Below are positions 50,646-63,393 of a stretch of DNA of 64,000 nucleotides, in pieces. The stretch is taken from positions 174,406,001 to 174,470,000 of the forward strand of contig NC_088792.1 of assembly GCF_011386835.1 (NCBI RefSeq), written 5' to 3'. The translations under genes were made by a program, and so were the position numbers. The DNA is from Chrysemys picta bellii (taxonomy: Eukaryota). Within the stretch, counting starts at the first letter, position 1. Each line of letters opens with the position of its first letter. The notes under the pieces were generated by a model, which worked only from the letters and a program-made list of their open reading frames with translations, had not been told where the DNA came from and did not search any database.

Positions 50646-51716
50646 TATCAGAGGGGTAATCGTGTTAGTCTGGATCTGTAAAAAGCAACAGAGAGTCCTG
50701 TGGCACCTTTAAGACTAACAGATGTATTGGAGCATAAGCTCCATAACCATTCTCAAAACTACGATACCCGCACAAGGAAATAAGGAAACAAATCAACAGA
50801 GCCAGACTTGTACCCAGAAGCCTCCTGCTACAAGACAAGCCCAAGAAAGAAACCAACAGAACTCCCCTGGCCATCACCTACAGTCCTCAGCTTAAACCTC
50901 TCCAACGCATCATCAGTGATCTGCAACCCATCCTGGACAATGATCCCTCACTTTCACAGACCTTGGGAGGAAGGCCAGTCCTCGCCCACAGACAACCGGC
51001 CAACCTTAAGCATATTCTCACCAGCAATCACACACCGCACCATAACAACTCTAACTCAGGAACCAATCCATGCAACAAACCTCAATGCAAACTCTGTCCA
51101 CATATCTACAACAACAACACCATCACAGGACCTAACCAGATCAGCTACAACATCACCGGTTCATTCACCTGCACGTCCACCAATGTTATATATGCCATCA
51201 TGTGCCAGCAATGCCCCTCTGCTATGTACATTGGCCAAACTGGACAGTCACTACGTAAAAGGATAAATGGACACAAGTCAGATATCAGGAATGGCAATAT
51301 ACAAAAACCTGTAGGAGAACACTTCAACCTCCCTGGCCACACAATAGCAGATGTAAAAGTAGCCATCTTACAGCAAAAAAACTTCAGGACCAGACTCCAA
51401 AGAGAAACTGTTGAGCTTCAGTTCATTTGCAAATTTGACACCATCAGCTCAGGATTAAACAAAGACTGTGAATGGCTAGCCAACTACAGAAGCAGTTTCT
51501 CCTCCCTTGGTGTTCACACTTCAACTGCTAGCAGAGGACCTCACCCTCCCTGATTGAACTAACCTCGTTATCTCCAGACTGATTCTTGCCAGCGTATTTA
51601 TACCTGACCCTGGAAATTTCCATTACATGCATCCAATGAAGCGGGCATTCACCATGAAAGTTTATGCTCCAATACATCTGTTAGTCTTAAAGGTGCCACA
51701 GGACTCTCTGTTGCTT
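50646..51716 (+). mobile_element. 5'-truncated Penelope-like element with inverted pseudo-LTR at its 5' end
   Basis: 12-bp TSD ATATGAGAGAAT (50634-50645, 51717-51728); 58-bp inverted repeat 50683-50740 / 51659-51716. Confidence 0.9.
50747..51553 (+). pseudogene. Penelope RT C-terminus plus GIY-YIG endonuclease (268 open codons, 5' truncated)
   Basis: CNKPQCKLCPH, NVIYAIMCQQCPSAMYIGQTGQSLRKRINGH, RLQRETVE, SSGLNKD. Confidence 0.9.
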
Positions 51717-52734
51717 ATATGAGAGAATGTTAGGCTGATCCTAAAATTAAGTTACAAAGTAAAGTTTAAATCTTACCTGATAGAAAAGTCTTATCTCACC
51801 CATAGCTTTAAAGCTTTCTTTCCTCAGAAAAATGTATATCTCTGTCCATAGGTGTAAGAAAGGATTCAGTAGCTTTAACCCCTGGGCTTTGGCAGGTCAG
51901 GATATGTCTCTCAACTAGAGTATAGCACCTTCTAGTCCAGCCCAAAGAAGATTAAATTATTTGTAGTTGTTTGGTACAGAAATTAAGTGAGTAGAAAGTG
52001 TTAGAGTGGCTGAGCACTGTGATGGTAGTGGGCTAAAGTCTGGAGAATGGTGTTGTATTGGTCATATATTTTTCCTTAACTTATGATTTCTTTGGTGTTT
52101 CAGTGTCCACATGTTTGTGTTTGAAATACATTTGAGCAATCTTCGTTCTAAGTTAACAAAGATTTGTAATGGAGAATGTCTTGGTGGCATTTGAGTGGTT
52201 GGGGGGGGGGATTTTTCTTTTAATTTGTATAATGTATTTATCTATGAGGACTGAGGACCCAGGATGGGAGACTGACCACGGGGCCGGAAAAAAGGGCTTC
52301 TTTAAAACTGTGTATGGGGCAAGGAAGCTTTCAGTGATGCGTCTCTGCTGAGTGGTTAAATCTTTTCACATGAAGCATCAAGAGCCTGGCAGCCTGAAAA
52401 GCTTTGAGAGCCAGCTGGAGAAAGCTTGAACAGATGTTCAAGCTATCTCCATTGGCCTGTGACATTTTAAACAAAGAAGCTATGATTGCTTCACCAGCTC
52501 CCCGGTTCCCTTAAACCTGCTGCCTGACCAGATTCACTCGTGAGCCCTCAGCTTGTCTCCATCCCAGTCACTTCCAGCTCCCTCGTCACTTTCTCGTGCC
52601 CATTTGCCCCCAGCAGTTAATTTCTTGTCAGTATAGGTGCTTACTTTTTATTCAGGTACATTTTATATGTATCAATTCTGTAGTGATAACTGTTGTACTT
52701 GCAAGAAATATTTGTTTTTAAAAATGTATATGCT

Positions 52735-52892
52735 TTGACCCTGATTCAAGCACTTAAGCATGTACTTTAAGCACATTAGCAATCCCGTTCAGCAAGCATT
52801 TAAGAATATGCTCTAGTCCTTGTGACTGTACTAGGACTATTCATATGCTTAATGTTAAGCACATGCTTAAATGTTTTGCTGACTAGGGGCCT
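52735..52892. mobile_element. Palindromic MITE-like repeat
   Basis: Repeated AAGCACTTAAGCATG / TAAGCACATGCTTAA inverted blocks. Confidence 0.45.
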
Positions 52893-54185
52893 TATCATTT
52901 ACAAGTAGAAAACAAGACAGCAGGGAAGGGACACAGCAGGAGGGGTGTGTTCTGAGGGTGCATAGGGATTTGACAAGTTCTGTAGGGTAGCCGGCTGAGG
53001 AAAACATTGTTATGTATGCCTCGTAAAATTCATAAAGTCTTCAGGAAAGCAGTTTCCCACCTGTGGGCTTCCTAGTGTTCAGGAGATCCAAAAGACAAGT
53101 TCTTGGAGCAGGTCCCTGTGGATAGGTGAGCCATTGAAGTGCTGAGCTTGCAAAGTAGTTGCTTGGATGAAGAATGTTTTCTCAGTTGGCTACCATATGC
53201 GCATACTGCAGAAGTATGCAATGGACCCATTCCATGTAAAAAATAAATAACTGACATGAAATCACAATATTCACTGTAAAAATACAGTGTATGACTAATT
53301 AATTTGTCAAATAATATGTTAAACTTTGCTGAATAAACAGAAATGGTTGTTATTAAATTGTTCATAAATCAAAATATGCACATTAGTAACATTTAAAAAC
53401 AGTCTAGATCAAGACCTTCTGCTAAAATTTACACATCAAAAAACATACACAGTCATCAGTTCCATCAGATTAATTTGTCACCTTTGTTAGTTCTCTCTGC
53501 TCAAATGAGCAGTAGTGAAACAGTTAACACTGTTGGCATTTAAATTGGCATCTTTAGGTTTCAGAGTTAACTCCTCTATTGAGACAAGCAGTGGCAGTTC
53601 ATACCTCTCAGAGCTATATTCTCAGTCAGTCTATTCTGTTTTTATTATGTATTAAGTAGTGCTCTGAGGGTAAATCAGGGCCCCATTGTGCTAGGCACTG
53701 TACAATGGTGTAAAATCCTGGCCTTTTTGAAGTCAGTGGAAGTTTTGTTGTTGACTTCAGTATGGCTGGGATTCTATCTGTGGTCCCTGACCAAAAAAGT
53801 TTATCATCTAAGGAGGCAAATGACAAGAGAGCAAAGGGATACAGTTCAGGAAGACCACACTTTAACACTGATTTTCCTTTGGTTCATCTTTTCTTCACAT
53901 CCGTAAGGACTACAAACATAATTATTTGTACATTAATGGTTGGATTCTGGAGCATCCGTCTGCTGAGAGAGTAGATTATACAAATTTCTCAGTTTTTAAA
54001 TACTTATACCTTTTAAACTAATCAACAGTCTTACATCAAAATTCTCCAAAAATTAATTCTACACGAAAAGAATAAGTGCTTTACATTTGGGGAGGGCACA
54101 CTATCATGTTCAAAGCAGAAAAGCTTAAAGCCTTGTGCGAAGCACAAACCCCAGTGCAACTTTATGGAGTCACTATTGTGTCTTG

Positions 54186-54308
54186 TTTCAGAGTGATAGC
54201 CGTGTTAGTCTGTATCAGCAAAAAGAGTGAGGAGTACTTGTGGCACCTTAGAGACTACCACATTTATTTGGGCATAAGCTTTCGTGGGCTAAAACCCACT
54301 TAATCAGA
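54186..54308 (-). mobile_element. Mini Penelope pseudo-LTR insert with near-canonical hammerhead
   Basis: 7-bp TSD TGTCTTG (54179-54185, 54309-54315); minus strand CTGATTA-A-GTGGG-ttttag-CCCAC-GAAA-GCTT-ATGC. Confidence 0.75.
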
Positions 54309-54633
54309 TGTCTTGGTAATTAACACAGTCATCTGTAGTGGGTTCCAAATAACTTAGCAGCAGCCTTAGATTTCAGTTTCCTTTATTTTTTCAGTTTGAG
54401 TTAAAAAAAAAAAAGTCACTTGGTGACATTTGTGTCTTTGTGTCTGCCGTTTATATGATATAAAAATTGGTGTAACCAAACTTGCAAAATTCAACCTTTT
54501 TAGTGTGACATATATGCAAAGACTGCTTCTTATCTTGTCTGCTTTCAAAGAACCTGAATGTGTACTTCACTCTGTACCCGAGAACATCCTAAGAAGGATA
54601 GAGAAGGGTATTTATAGTTCTGACTCTATGGAT

Positions 54634-54827
54634 CAGGGGTAATCAGTTATTTTTTGCCAGGTCCAAATTTCTTGGTCAAGGTATTGTCAAGGTCCAGACT
54701 CCAGAGAAAATAATACAAAAACAATAATAATGTTTTAAGTAATAAGTAAATAAAAAGATGTTGCGGTCCGTTCAAAAGTGTCTGGCGGTCCAGATTTGGC
54801 CCACGGTCCGCCTATTGACTATCCCTG
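54634..54827. mobile_element. hAT MITE
   Basis: CAGGGGTAATCA / TGACTATCCCTG; perfect TSD CTATGGAT. Confidence 0.8.
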
Positions 54828-56192
54828 CTATGGATTATTCTTTATAAAATGGATTAACCTCCCACTGCAATGTCTGGAAAGTGCAGTGTGAGCCAGTTGA
54901 TAACACAGATAAAGCGCACAGGAATCCTGCTGAGGGACTCTGTATTCTAAGTAACATAAGGAGGTTCAGGTTAATTAAATAAATCAAAACAATGATTACG
55001 CTTCTTTTCTAATTCTTGTTATGTCTGCCTTCAAGAATCCAGGACTATGTGATGTTCCTCTTCTGCACTAATGGGGACAGTGCACCTCGGGCGGTAGCAA
55101 TTGCCCTAATTACAGGAAGGCTCTCATGGGCTCCCTGCTGGAGTTTTCTTCCATGGATGGCAACAGGGATAGAAATCAGGAAACAGAATTCTATAACCAG
55201 CTTCCTGTGTGAACTGGGGCACATTTCTTAGGCCAAGGTTTTCAAAAATGGAAGCTTAAATACACATTTAGGCAATTGCTTGATTGTTTAAAAGGGCTGA
55301 GCTTCAGTGGGAGCTGTTGGGAACTTAGCACTGTTGAAAATCAGGCAGATGTCTATATGTGGATTTTGGAGTCTAACTTTAGGCTCCGTTTTTTTAAAAA
55401 CTTACTCTAATATCTTTCTGCCTCAATTTACGCTACTGTAAATAATGAGGATAAGAATATTCGCCTTCTTGACAGGGGTCTTGTGTCATGAACATCTGCA
55501 AAGATCTGAGATATCCTCACATACATAGTGCTATATAAGTACAAAGAATTATTAATTATTATTTAACTGCTACAATAACAGAACCTTGCTTATCTGGGAG
55601 TAACAGCTTTCTCCAGGTGCAAAAGCCTCTGCTGATCTAAGAGCTGTCTGGGTAGAGGTGTTGTTATTAACACTGGCAGTGTCCTAAATCCCTTTGTTCT
55701 GTAAACAGTTGGTCTGAACTGATCTTACTCTCACCTTGAAAGTGACTGTTTTGATCCTCCCAAATGCTGGTGACAGTGCTAACTCTGCACTGGCCTCACC
55801 TATCAGCCCAACTAAAATGCTTTGGATCGTAAACCAATTTTTGTATGTATTATACAGCATAATTGAATAAAATATTAAGTGTTTAACCTATAAGCACAAT
55901 AGAGGAGTAATGTAAAGGAAGGCAGTATACACTTCTGCTAACTGTGTCTTCAAAGTCTAACTACAGCCAGAGAACCATGTGACAAGACTTTCTGGTCACA
56001 AGCCTTGCTTACTTTTGAACTCGGTCATGCTTCCTCGATCACATTTGCCACTGACTTTGATGGGATGAGGATCAGGCTTTAGCTCCATCATTGGACAATT
56101 ACTTTCATGCTTTTTCCTTTCATGCTTCTTTAGCATCTTCCTTGGGAAAGAGTTGGGCATTGTATTAGCAATTTTTCATGTGCCACTCTTAA

Positions 56193-56390
<198 letters not shown>

Positions 56391-59083
56391 TAGATAGATA
56401 TATAATTTTCTGTCTGTAGGAGGGATTGGTCATTACCAAAGGAGAAGGGATGTTATATCAATGATGGAACATTTTTATTGAACTCTGGATATTCAGAAAA
56501 TCATTTCTGTTCAGGACAGCACTGACGCACATGCTTACGTGTTTTTCCAGGATAGGAATGGATTCAAGAACGTGCTTAAGTGATTTCCTGAAGGAGGGTT
56601 GTAATTCTGTGTTGCTTTGAATGGAAGCTGCCTCTAAAAATACTGTAATAAATTCCCAGATCCTTGCTTGGTGTTACAGCCATGCTATGTACATTCAAGT
56701 CACTGGTAGTTGCTTGGCCAACCCTCCACAAAACAGTTTGGAAATGTGACCTGCTATCTTCAATGTGTATGGGGGTATAGCTTTTAATGATACTTAACAA
56801 GCACAAGTTTCCTTTGCCCCAATGTATCAGCAGCATTTTCCTCCAGCCTCTTCTGTGGGTGAGTTGCACGCTGGGGTTTCAGCAGCACTTTTGTAGTAAC
56901 TCTGCCATCAAAACCATCCTAACGTTTCTGTAGCTGGCAGACTGCCACAGCTGCAGTAATACAGCAGCTGAACATGAATTGATTGAAAGGCACTGCTACA
57001 TTCAGAATATACTTTACCATCAGCATGGGGAAGGTCAAGTCAACTGGCATCATGCTCCAGTGGAAGGGGTTACCGAAAAGCTAGACTAGCTACTGAAATT
57101 TTACTGGGTGTCTCTGTAGGAGAAATTAGATAATAATTGTTGCAGTACTATGTCAAGGTGGGAAAGGTGGACTTTAAACACTAGTGTCTTTACTATTCCT
57201 CTCACTTAATTTGGGAACCAACGTGGGGTTTTTTGTTGTTTGAAAGTAAATATAATATTAAAAGATAAATTACAATAAATCTGAATCATCTGTTGAAACA
57301 GCTCTCACATTTGTACAATCACCTAGCAATGAAGATGCATTGGCATATAAGATTGGGGAAAGGCCACCACAATTCTCCTGTGAAATACTGTAAAAAGAAC
57401 CTACACAAGAGCAAACCTAAATATTCCAGTGTGTTCACAAAGATCAAACTCCAGCTGGAGGTTTGAAATACCCAGACATCCATTCAAATACAGTACGCAT
57501 ACTTACAACTCCAACTTTCCAGGAAGGAGGAGCTAGTCAAAGCAAACCATGAAAATGACGGACAGAACTCAGTCAAAGCTGAAAAGCCTAGTGAAAAAAA
57601 CAACTTTTTTTTCTTCTCTCTAAATGTTATTGTGGATGTGAGGCTCCAGATGATGAAATTTATCTTATCTAATCTAATCTATTTCAGAATTTTACACTAT
57701 CACCCATCACTTGTATCTGAGCACCTTCCATGTCTAATCATTAGGAATAGGAAGGCCCTGTTGGACTTCATGAATCTTTGGTACCCCTCCCTTCACAGGG
57801 TCAAAACTCTGCTTGAGGTAGGGTTTTCCTTTGGAGAGGGCAGTTATTAGGAGTTTAGGAATAAAAGGAGTGTTTGAATTGAGTGTGTCACATATGGCTG
57901 AAAAGCTTCTCAAAGAGGAAGGCCTTGCAATGTTTCCTAAAGATAGTTAGACTTTGGATTTGCCTGATTTCTTCTGGTAGCTTGTCACATAGCATTCAGT
58001 TTAATTCAGATCAGCATCATGCTTATACAGAAGTTAGAATGATAAAATAATGTTTATTGAGAGTTTTGAATTTCATTACAAGTGTTTTACTTTCCTTGAC
58101 CAGATTTAACAGCAGCTCTTCTTGTACCATCATTAAATGAAGCTCTTCAAAACATAAAACATAACACTTCCGTGATGCTCAGACTATTCCTTCAAATTCC
58201 TCTATGCCAGTACCAAAAAAACAAAAAACAAAAAAAGAGGTTTCTCTCCTCTTGAGATAGATGAAAATGGTCCCTATAGTAACAGTCAAAAGTCGTTCTC
58301 CATGTGAAATCATAGAAATTAGGGATCTGAGAGGAATTTGACTGTATTAGGCAAAATTCTGTCCATTTTAAAATACTCCAGTGCCAGGCCGTCTTCCACA
58401 TCCACTGGCAGACTATTTCACAGTCCAACAGAGTTTAGTACAAACATTTTCCTGCTAGCTTGTGACTTTTTTTCTTTGCTCCATTTCATGCCATTGCTCC
58501 CTGTTTTACCACCATGCACCACCTTAAACAATTTTCTCCTCATCTTAGTGCTCTTCTATGATTGCTTCACCATTCTTCTAATACTTGTAGATTGTTATAG
58601 TTCTCTAAGTCAGCAGATAGCCAACCTAGAATAACAAAAAATGCATATTTAGTTCTGCCTCTATAAGTGAATCCTCAGACATTCAGTGATTTCTTCTGGG
58701 GCAAAACCATGGCAATTTGGCTATCTTAACTGTGTGAATTTCCATACTTTAAAATGTTTGCATTGTTAACTGAATTCCTTAGGCTTCTAATTTCAACTGG
58801 CTGGAGTGCATCATGAGGCCTCAATCTCTATAGGCCTTTGGAGGCTTGTGAGACCACAAGGAAACTAGCAGCCCTCCACCCCCACTCAAGCCTTTTTTCA
58901 GGGGCCTCCCTAACCCTCAGCTCCCACAAGCCCTAGAGAGGCTCAGCAGGAGGCCCCTAGCCTCCATGTATTGTTAGTTTTAAAAGGTTAGTTGGGCTTC
59001 CCGCACCTTTCCTACTGCAAGCCTTAGGAGGCTCACCAGGCACTGAACTTCCCTATGGGCCCAGGTGTGCCTGTTTAGTCTTA

Positions 59084-59650
59084 GGCCTGGTCTACACTAT
59101 GAGTTTAATTCGAATTTAGCAGCGTTAAATCAAATTAACCCTGCACCTGTCCACACAATGAGGCCATTTATTTCGAAATAAAGGGCTCTTAAAATCGATT
59201 TCTGTACTCCTCCCCGACGAGCGGAGTAGCGCCAAAAATGATATTGTCATTTCGAATTAGGGTTAGTGCGGCCGCAATTCGATGGTATTGGCCTCCGGGA
59301 GCTATCCCACAGTGCACCATTGTGACCGCTCTGGACAGCGATCTGAACTCGGATGCATTGGCCAGGTAGACAGGAAAAGCCCCGCGAACATTTGAATTTC
59401 ATTTCCTGTTTGCCCAGCACAGGAGAGCATAGGTGACCACAGAGAGCTTATCAGCACAGATAACCATGCAGGCCGATAACCGAAAAAGAGCACCAGCATG
59501 GACCGTATGGGAGGTACTGGATCTGATTGCTATATGGGGAGAGGATTCAGTGCTAGCAGAACTTCGTTCGAAAAGACGAAATGCCAAAACTTTTGAAAAA
59601 TATCCAAGGGCATGATGGAGAGAGGCCACAATAGGGACTCAGAGCAGTGC
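59084..59650 (+). mobile_element. 5' fragment of an autonomous-type PIF/Harbinger transposon
   Basis: TTA|GGCCTGGTCTACACTA left TIR, palindromic subterminal region, then a Myb/SANT ORF; homology lost after about 59650. Confidence 0.75.
59466..59650 (+). pseudogene. Myb/SANT-like (trihelix) DNA-binding protein of Harbinger, frameshifted and truncated
   Basis: MQADNRKRAPAWTVWEVLDLIAIWGEDSVLAELRSKRRNAKTFEK / GMMERGHNRDSEQC. Confidence 0.8.
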
Positions 59651-60362
59651 TGGACACCGAGAAATGTTATTGTAAAAATTACTAAAAATATTTGTCTTAG
59701 AGAAACAAGAAATGATAGGCCAGCTGTTACTAATTGTTTCTCTTGCTGCCAACTCCGAGGTTTGGCTCCCACCACTGCTTTAGTCAAAGGGGTTCTTTAA
59801 AGTTTCTTAGGGGACACCACACCATGATTAAGAGCAAGCAAAAACATCACAATTATTAGCCAGTGTTATTTTATTATTAAAGAAGGGAAAAGAGGATGTC
59901 AAACAACATGAGTGACTGAACACAAATGATAAGCTGGTTACTTCCATTACAATCTCTTCTGTATGTTTCTCTGTGGAGAGCTTTTAACAGAGATTATGCC
60001 CCACAGAGTGAACACCTCTGAGGAGTGCTTTCCCTTTGGTAAATTAAGATCAAAGTATATTGTTTCCCAAAATTATTGTGACTCCAGTTTTAGTGTCCGA
60101 TTAGATACTTAAAGGCTGTTGGGTCCTGTCTAGTTAATAATAATAAATAAGTTTATAAATGGGCAAAATAAGTAATTTTAACTAAATCCTATGAAATTGA
60201 AGGAAATATTTTAAGTCAGTTACTTAGAAGAAGCCATATAAGGAGCTGTCTTCGAGACAGGCCAGTTACAAATATTAAGAATCTTAAATCCAATTAAATC
60301 CCACTATTTCTCTGTTTACCAGCGTTTAGCCTGTCTCCTCTCCAGGAATATATGGTCTAATC

Positions 60363-60769
60363 CAATGGCTCTCCACCTTTCCAGACTACTGTACCCCTTT
60401 CAAGAGTCTGATTTGTCTTGTGTACCCCAAGTTTCACGTCTTTTAAAAACTACTTGCTTACAAAATCACACATAAAAATACAGAAGTGTTACAGCATACT
60501 ATGACTGAAACATTGCTTACTTTCTCATTTTTACCATATACTTATAAAATAAATCAATTGGAAATAAATACTGTATTTACATTTCAGTGTATTGTATATA
60601 GAGCAATATAAACAAGTCATTGTATGAAATTTTAGTTTGTACTGACTTTGCTAATGCTTTTTATGTTGCCTGTTGTAAAACTAGGCAAATATATAGATGA
60701 GTTGATGTACCCCTTGGAAGACCTCTGCGTACCCCCAGGGGTAGGTGTGCCCATGGTTGAGAACCATTG
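60363..60769. mobile_element. hAT MITE
   Basis: CAATGGCTCTC / GAGAACCATTG; TSD GTCTAATC / CTCTAATC. Confidence 0.8.
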
Positions 60770-62469
60770 CTCTAATCACTTGATGATTAACAAGAGACAC
60801 TGTTAGTCTTTTAAGTTATAATAGCAATTTCATATTCCAATAAAATCATTGCAAGAATTTTAAATCTAGTGTCTTGGCAAGTGTCTTAGTTAACTTCCTC
60901 TCACCAATCCATGTTGAAGTGTTGGGAAGCTATTCCTTGAGTTGGTTTCTTGAGTCTTTTCTGTTTTTCTTATCTGTCTGTATCAGCTTGCTTGTAGAGA
61001 TGAACAAGATGTGATGAGTTGTGGAGTTCTTGTTGAAGCAGGGTAGCAGAGGGTATGTGTACGGGGGGTGTTCACTTCTGAGGGTTTTTTTATACTCTTT
61101 CCTTCCTACTTCCATGAAAGTAAGAAAACACACCTGTTGTTTCAGTCTTATGTAGATTTAAAGTTAGTTGCTGTCCTCCTTTCACTGCTTCATGCCTTCA
61201 GAGTTGGCTTGAGTGACACCTTCATCTCCTGAACGTGCAGTCTGAATAACGAATAACAACATTTTTTTAACTTGCCTTTGTTCTTCTTCTGTCAGAAAAG
61301 CATCAAATGACTTTTAAAGTTAGTTTTAACTCTTTCTTTTTATTCAGTCAATTTTCAAAGATATTCCCTTAGTTCCATCAGAGTTTAATTGAAGTTGAAA
61401 TTCTGTTTCAAATAGGTCCAAACACTCCAGTTCTCTCTGTTAAGGTCAGCTCTCAAAGTAGACTTTTAAAATTAAATTCTTAAGGTTTTATCAGAGAAGG
61501 TATTGTCTTTTCTTTTTACCAGTTTTTGGAGAGGTTCTTCTTCACAAGTTTGATGAGGGATTGCTAAAGGATTATCAGGAAACTAGTTTCCCAATTAATA
61601 TACATATTTCTGTACTTAAATGGCTTCTTATATTAGTAACCAGTTATGACATCAAATGACCTTGCTATATTTGTCCATGAAGTATGTCACTATTTACATA
61701 GCAATGGTATTAGGAGCATTTATTGCATTTAATTAATATATTTGCAAGTATGCATTTCAGAAAGGTGTTTGCCATTTCAACATTTAAGAAATAAACAAAA
61801 GGTTTTAAACACTTCCAATGACACATGTTTATCCTAGAGGCTTTTTCTGAATACGTTTTTAGAGTAATTATAAAATTTATTTTAATTATGATATTTCTAG
61901 ACTTCTTTGTATGGGCTTACTTATATTTATCACTTTGATAACACACCCTACATTTTCTAGCCCATAATCAGGTGTCTTCCTAAAACATGATTTTTTTATA
62001 TGGTTTGTCTTCTTGAAATAAGTATTACCTTTGTATCAAGCCAATATCTTATAAACAGGAGACTTGTCCCATTCTTTGATAACTCTGATTTGTTTGTTTG
62101 CTTTTTTTGACTAAATAGGTTCTAGATTTATAATTTACTGTTCGCAGTCTGATTACAATTTGTAATTGCAGACTCATATCTACATTCTATACAAAGCACA
62201 ATAATTAACATGTATATAAATCTTTCAAAACATAGTATAAAAGAAAATAGCATAGAATGTTAAAGCAAAATAGAAGTTATAAAACTGCATCCCAAAGTTG
62301 GTGTAAACACACTTGGAGGTAATAAACATTTTATGGCTATAAAGACATGTTTATCTTCCCTGATATTTGCTTGCCCTTGGGAGATAAGGTAGATGATAAC
62401 GATACATATATCATAAACTTCAGTAAAGGCACAGGCAAGTTTAGTGACATAATATTTTAAAAAATATAA

Positions 62470-63090
62470 TTATTTTTATTTCTTAATAATTATTTATTAG
62501 GCTAGTTGGCAGCTTCCCTAGCCCTTGGGCCTTTGGTTCCCCCAGCCTTATGGTGCTCCTCCCTCCCCGCCTTAGGGCCCTCAGCCCCAAATGATCCAAA
62601 ATAGGCTCAGCGGGCTTCTCACTAACAAACCGGAATAGGCTTGTTGGCAGGGTAATAAAGTAAAATTTGGTTTTTGGCTGCACTTTGTGGGGTTGCTGCT
62701 GGATGTCTTTTCAGGGATCCCTAGCCTATGAGATAAGCACCCTTTTAATTTTTACAAAGCCAACTAAATAATTTAAGAAGGAGTTTGTTAAGGGACTAAA
62801 ACTCCTTTTAGGAATTCTGGTGACTTGGGATGGTCTCTGAGGAGTCTCGTGAGCAGTCAGGATGTGATGCTGAAAGCTCGCTATGAGGTTCTTCTTCGAG
62901 TAGCTGTGGTTGCTCTGCATCAGGATGTGCGCGTGCCCATTCACTCTTGATCGGATGTTTTCATCAGCAGTGTCTGTGCCCTTGACATCCTGGTGCTCCA
63001 GTACAAAGGTATAAGGAAGGGGGTCGACCCACCACCACACCAGTTCCTTCTCAACCACCTGCAGCTTGAGATGGATCATTGTGGTGCCTA
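62470..63090 (-). other. Unidentified GC-richer island with a 117-codon ORF and downstream AATAAA/A-rich tract (candidate retrocopy or TE/viral fragment)
   Basis: ORF 63079-62726 with G/C-ending codons over its first 85 or so codons; minus-strand AATAAA near 62495 followed by A-rich sequence; no family recognised. Confidence 0.35.
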
Positions 63091-63393
63091 TTAGCTACAC
63101 CCAGCTTGCTACCTTTCTTGCTTAATCCTTTCTTTTCAAATTTCTTTTATTTTCTGTTATTAAGAACACCTTCCCTTCTTCATTTGTGAATTCTGGGCCT
63201 TATTTTTGTCCCTTAGTCCTTGCTCTGCAGCCTTGAGTATGGGTTATGCCCAAGACTTGGACTCCAAACTCTGCCAGACCTGCCATAAGTCTTTTCCCCA
63301 CAGCAGTGGCCATTCAAGCTGCCTTTGCTGCCTGAGATAGATTCACTCTCCCTCCAAATGTATGATAGGCTCAGGATTTAAAAGCAGCTCTAA

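Noticed and set aside
57290-57600. Possible decayed coding segment downstream of the FARS2 exon
   Set aside because: Short frames with stops, no similarity to the next FARS2 exon and no motif I can name.
62900-62990. GIY-YIG-like motif (RSRVNGH vs RKRINGH of the Penelope ORF) in the unknown ORF
   Set aside because: The GIY and YIG triplets and the Cys context are absent; the similarity is too short to support.
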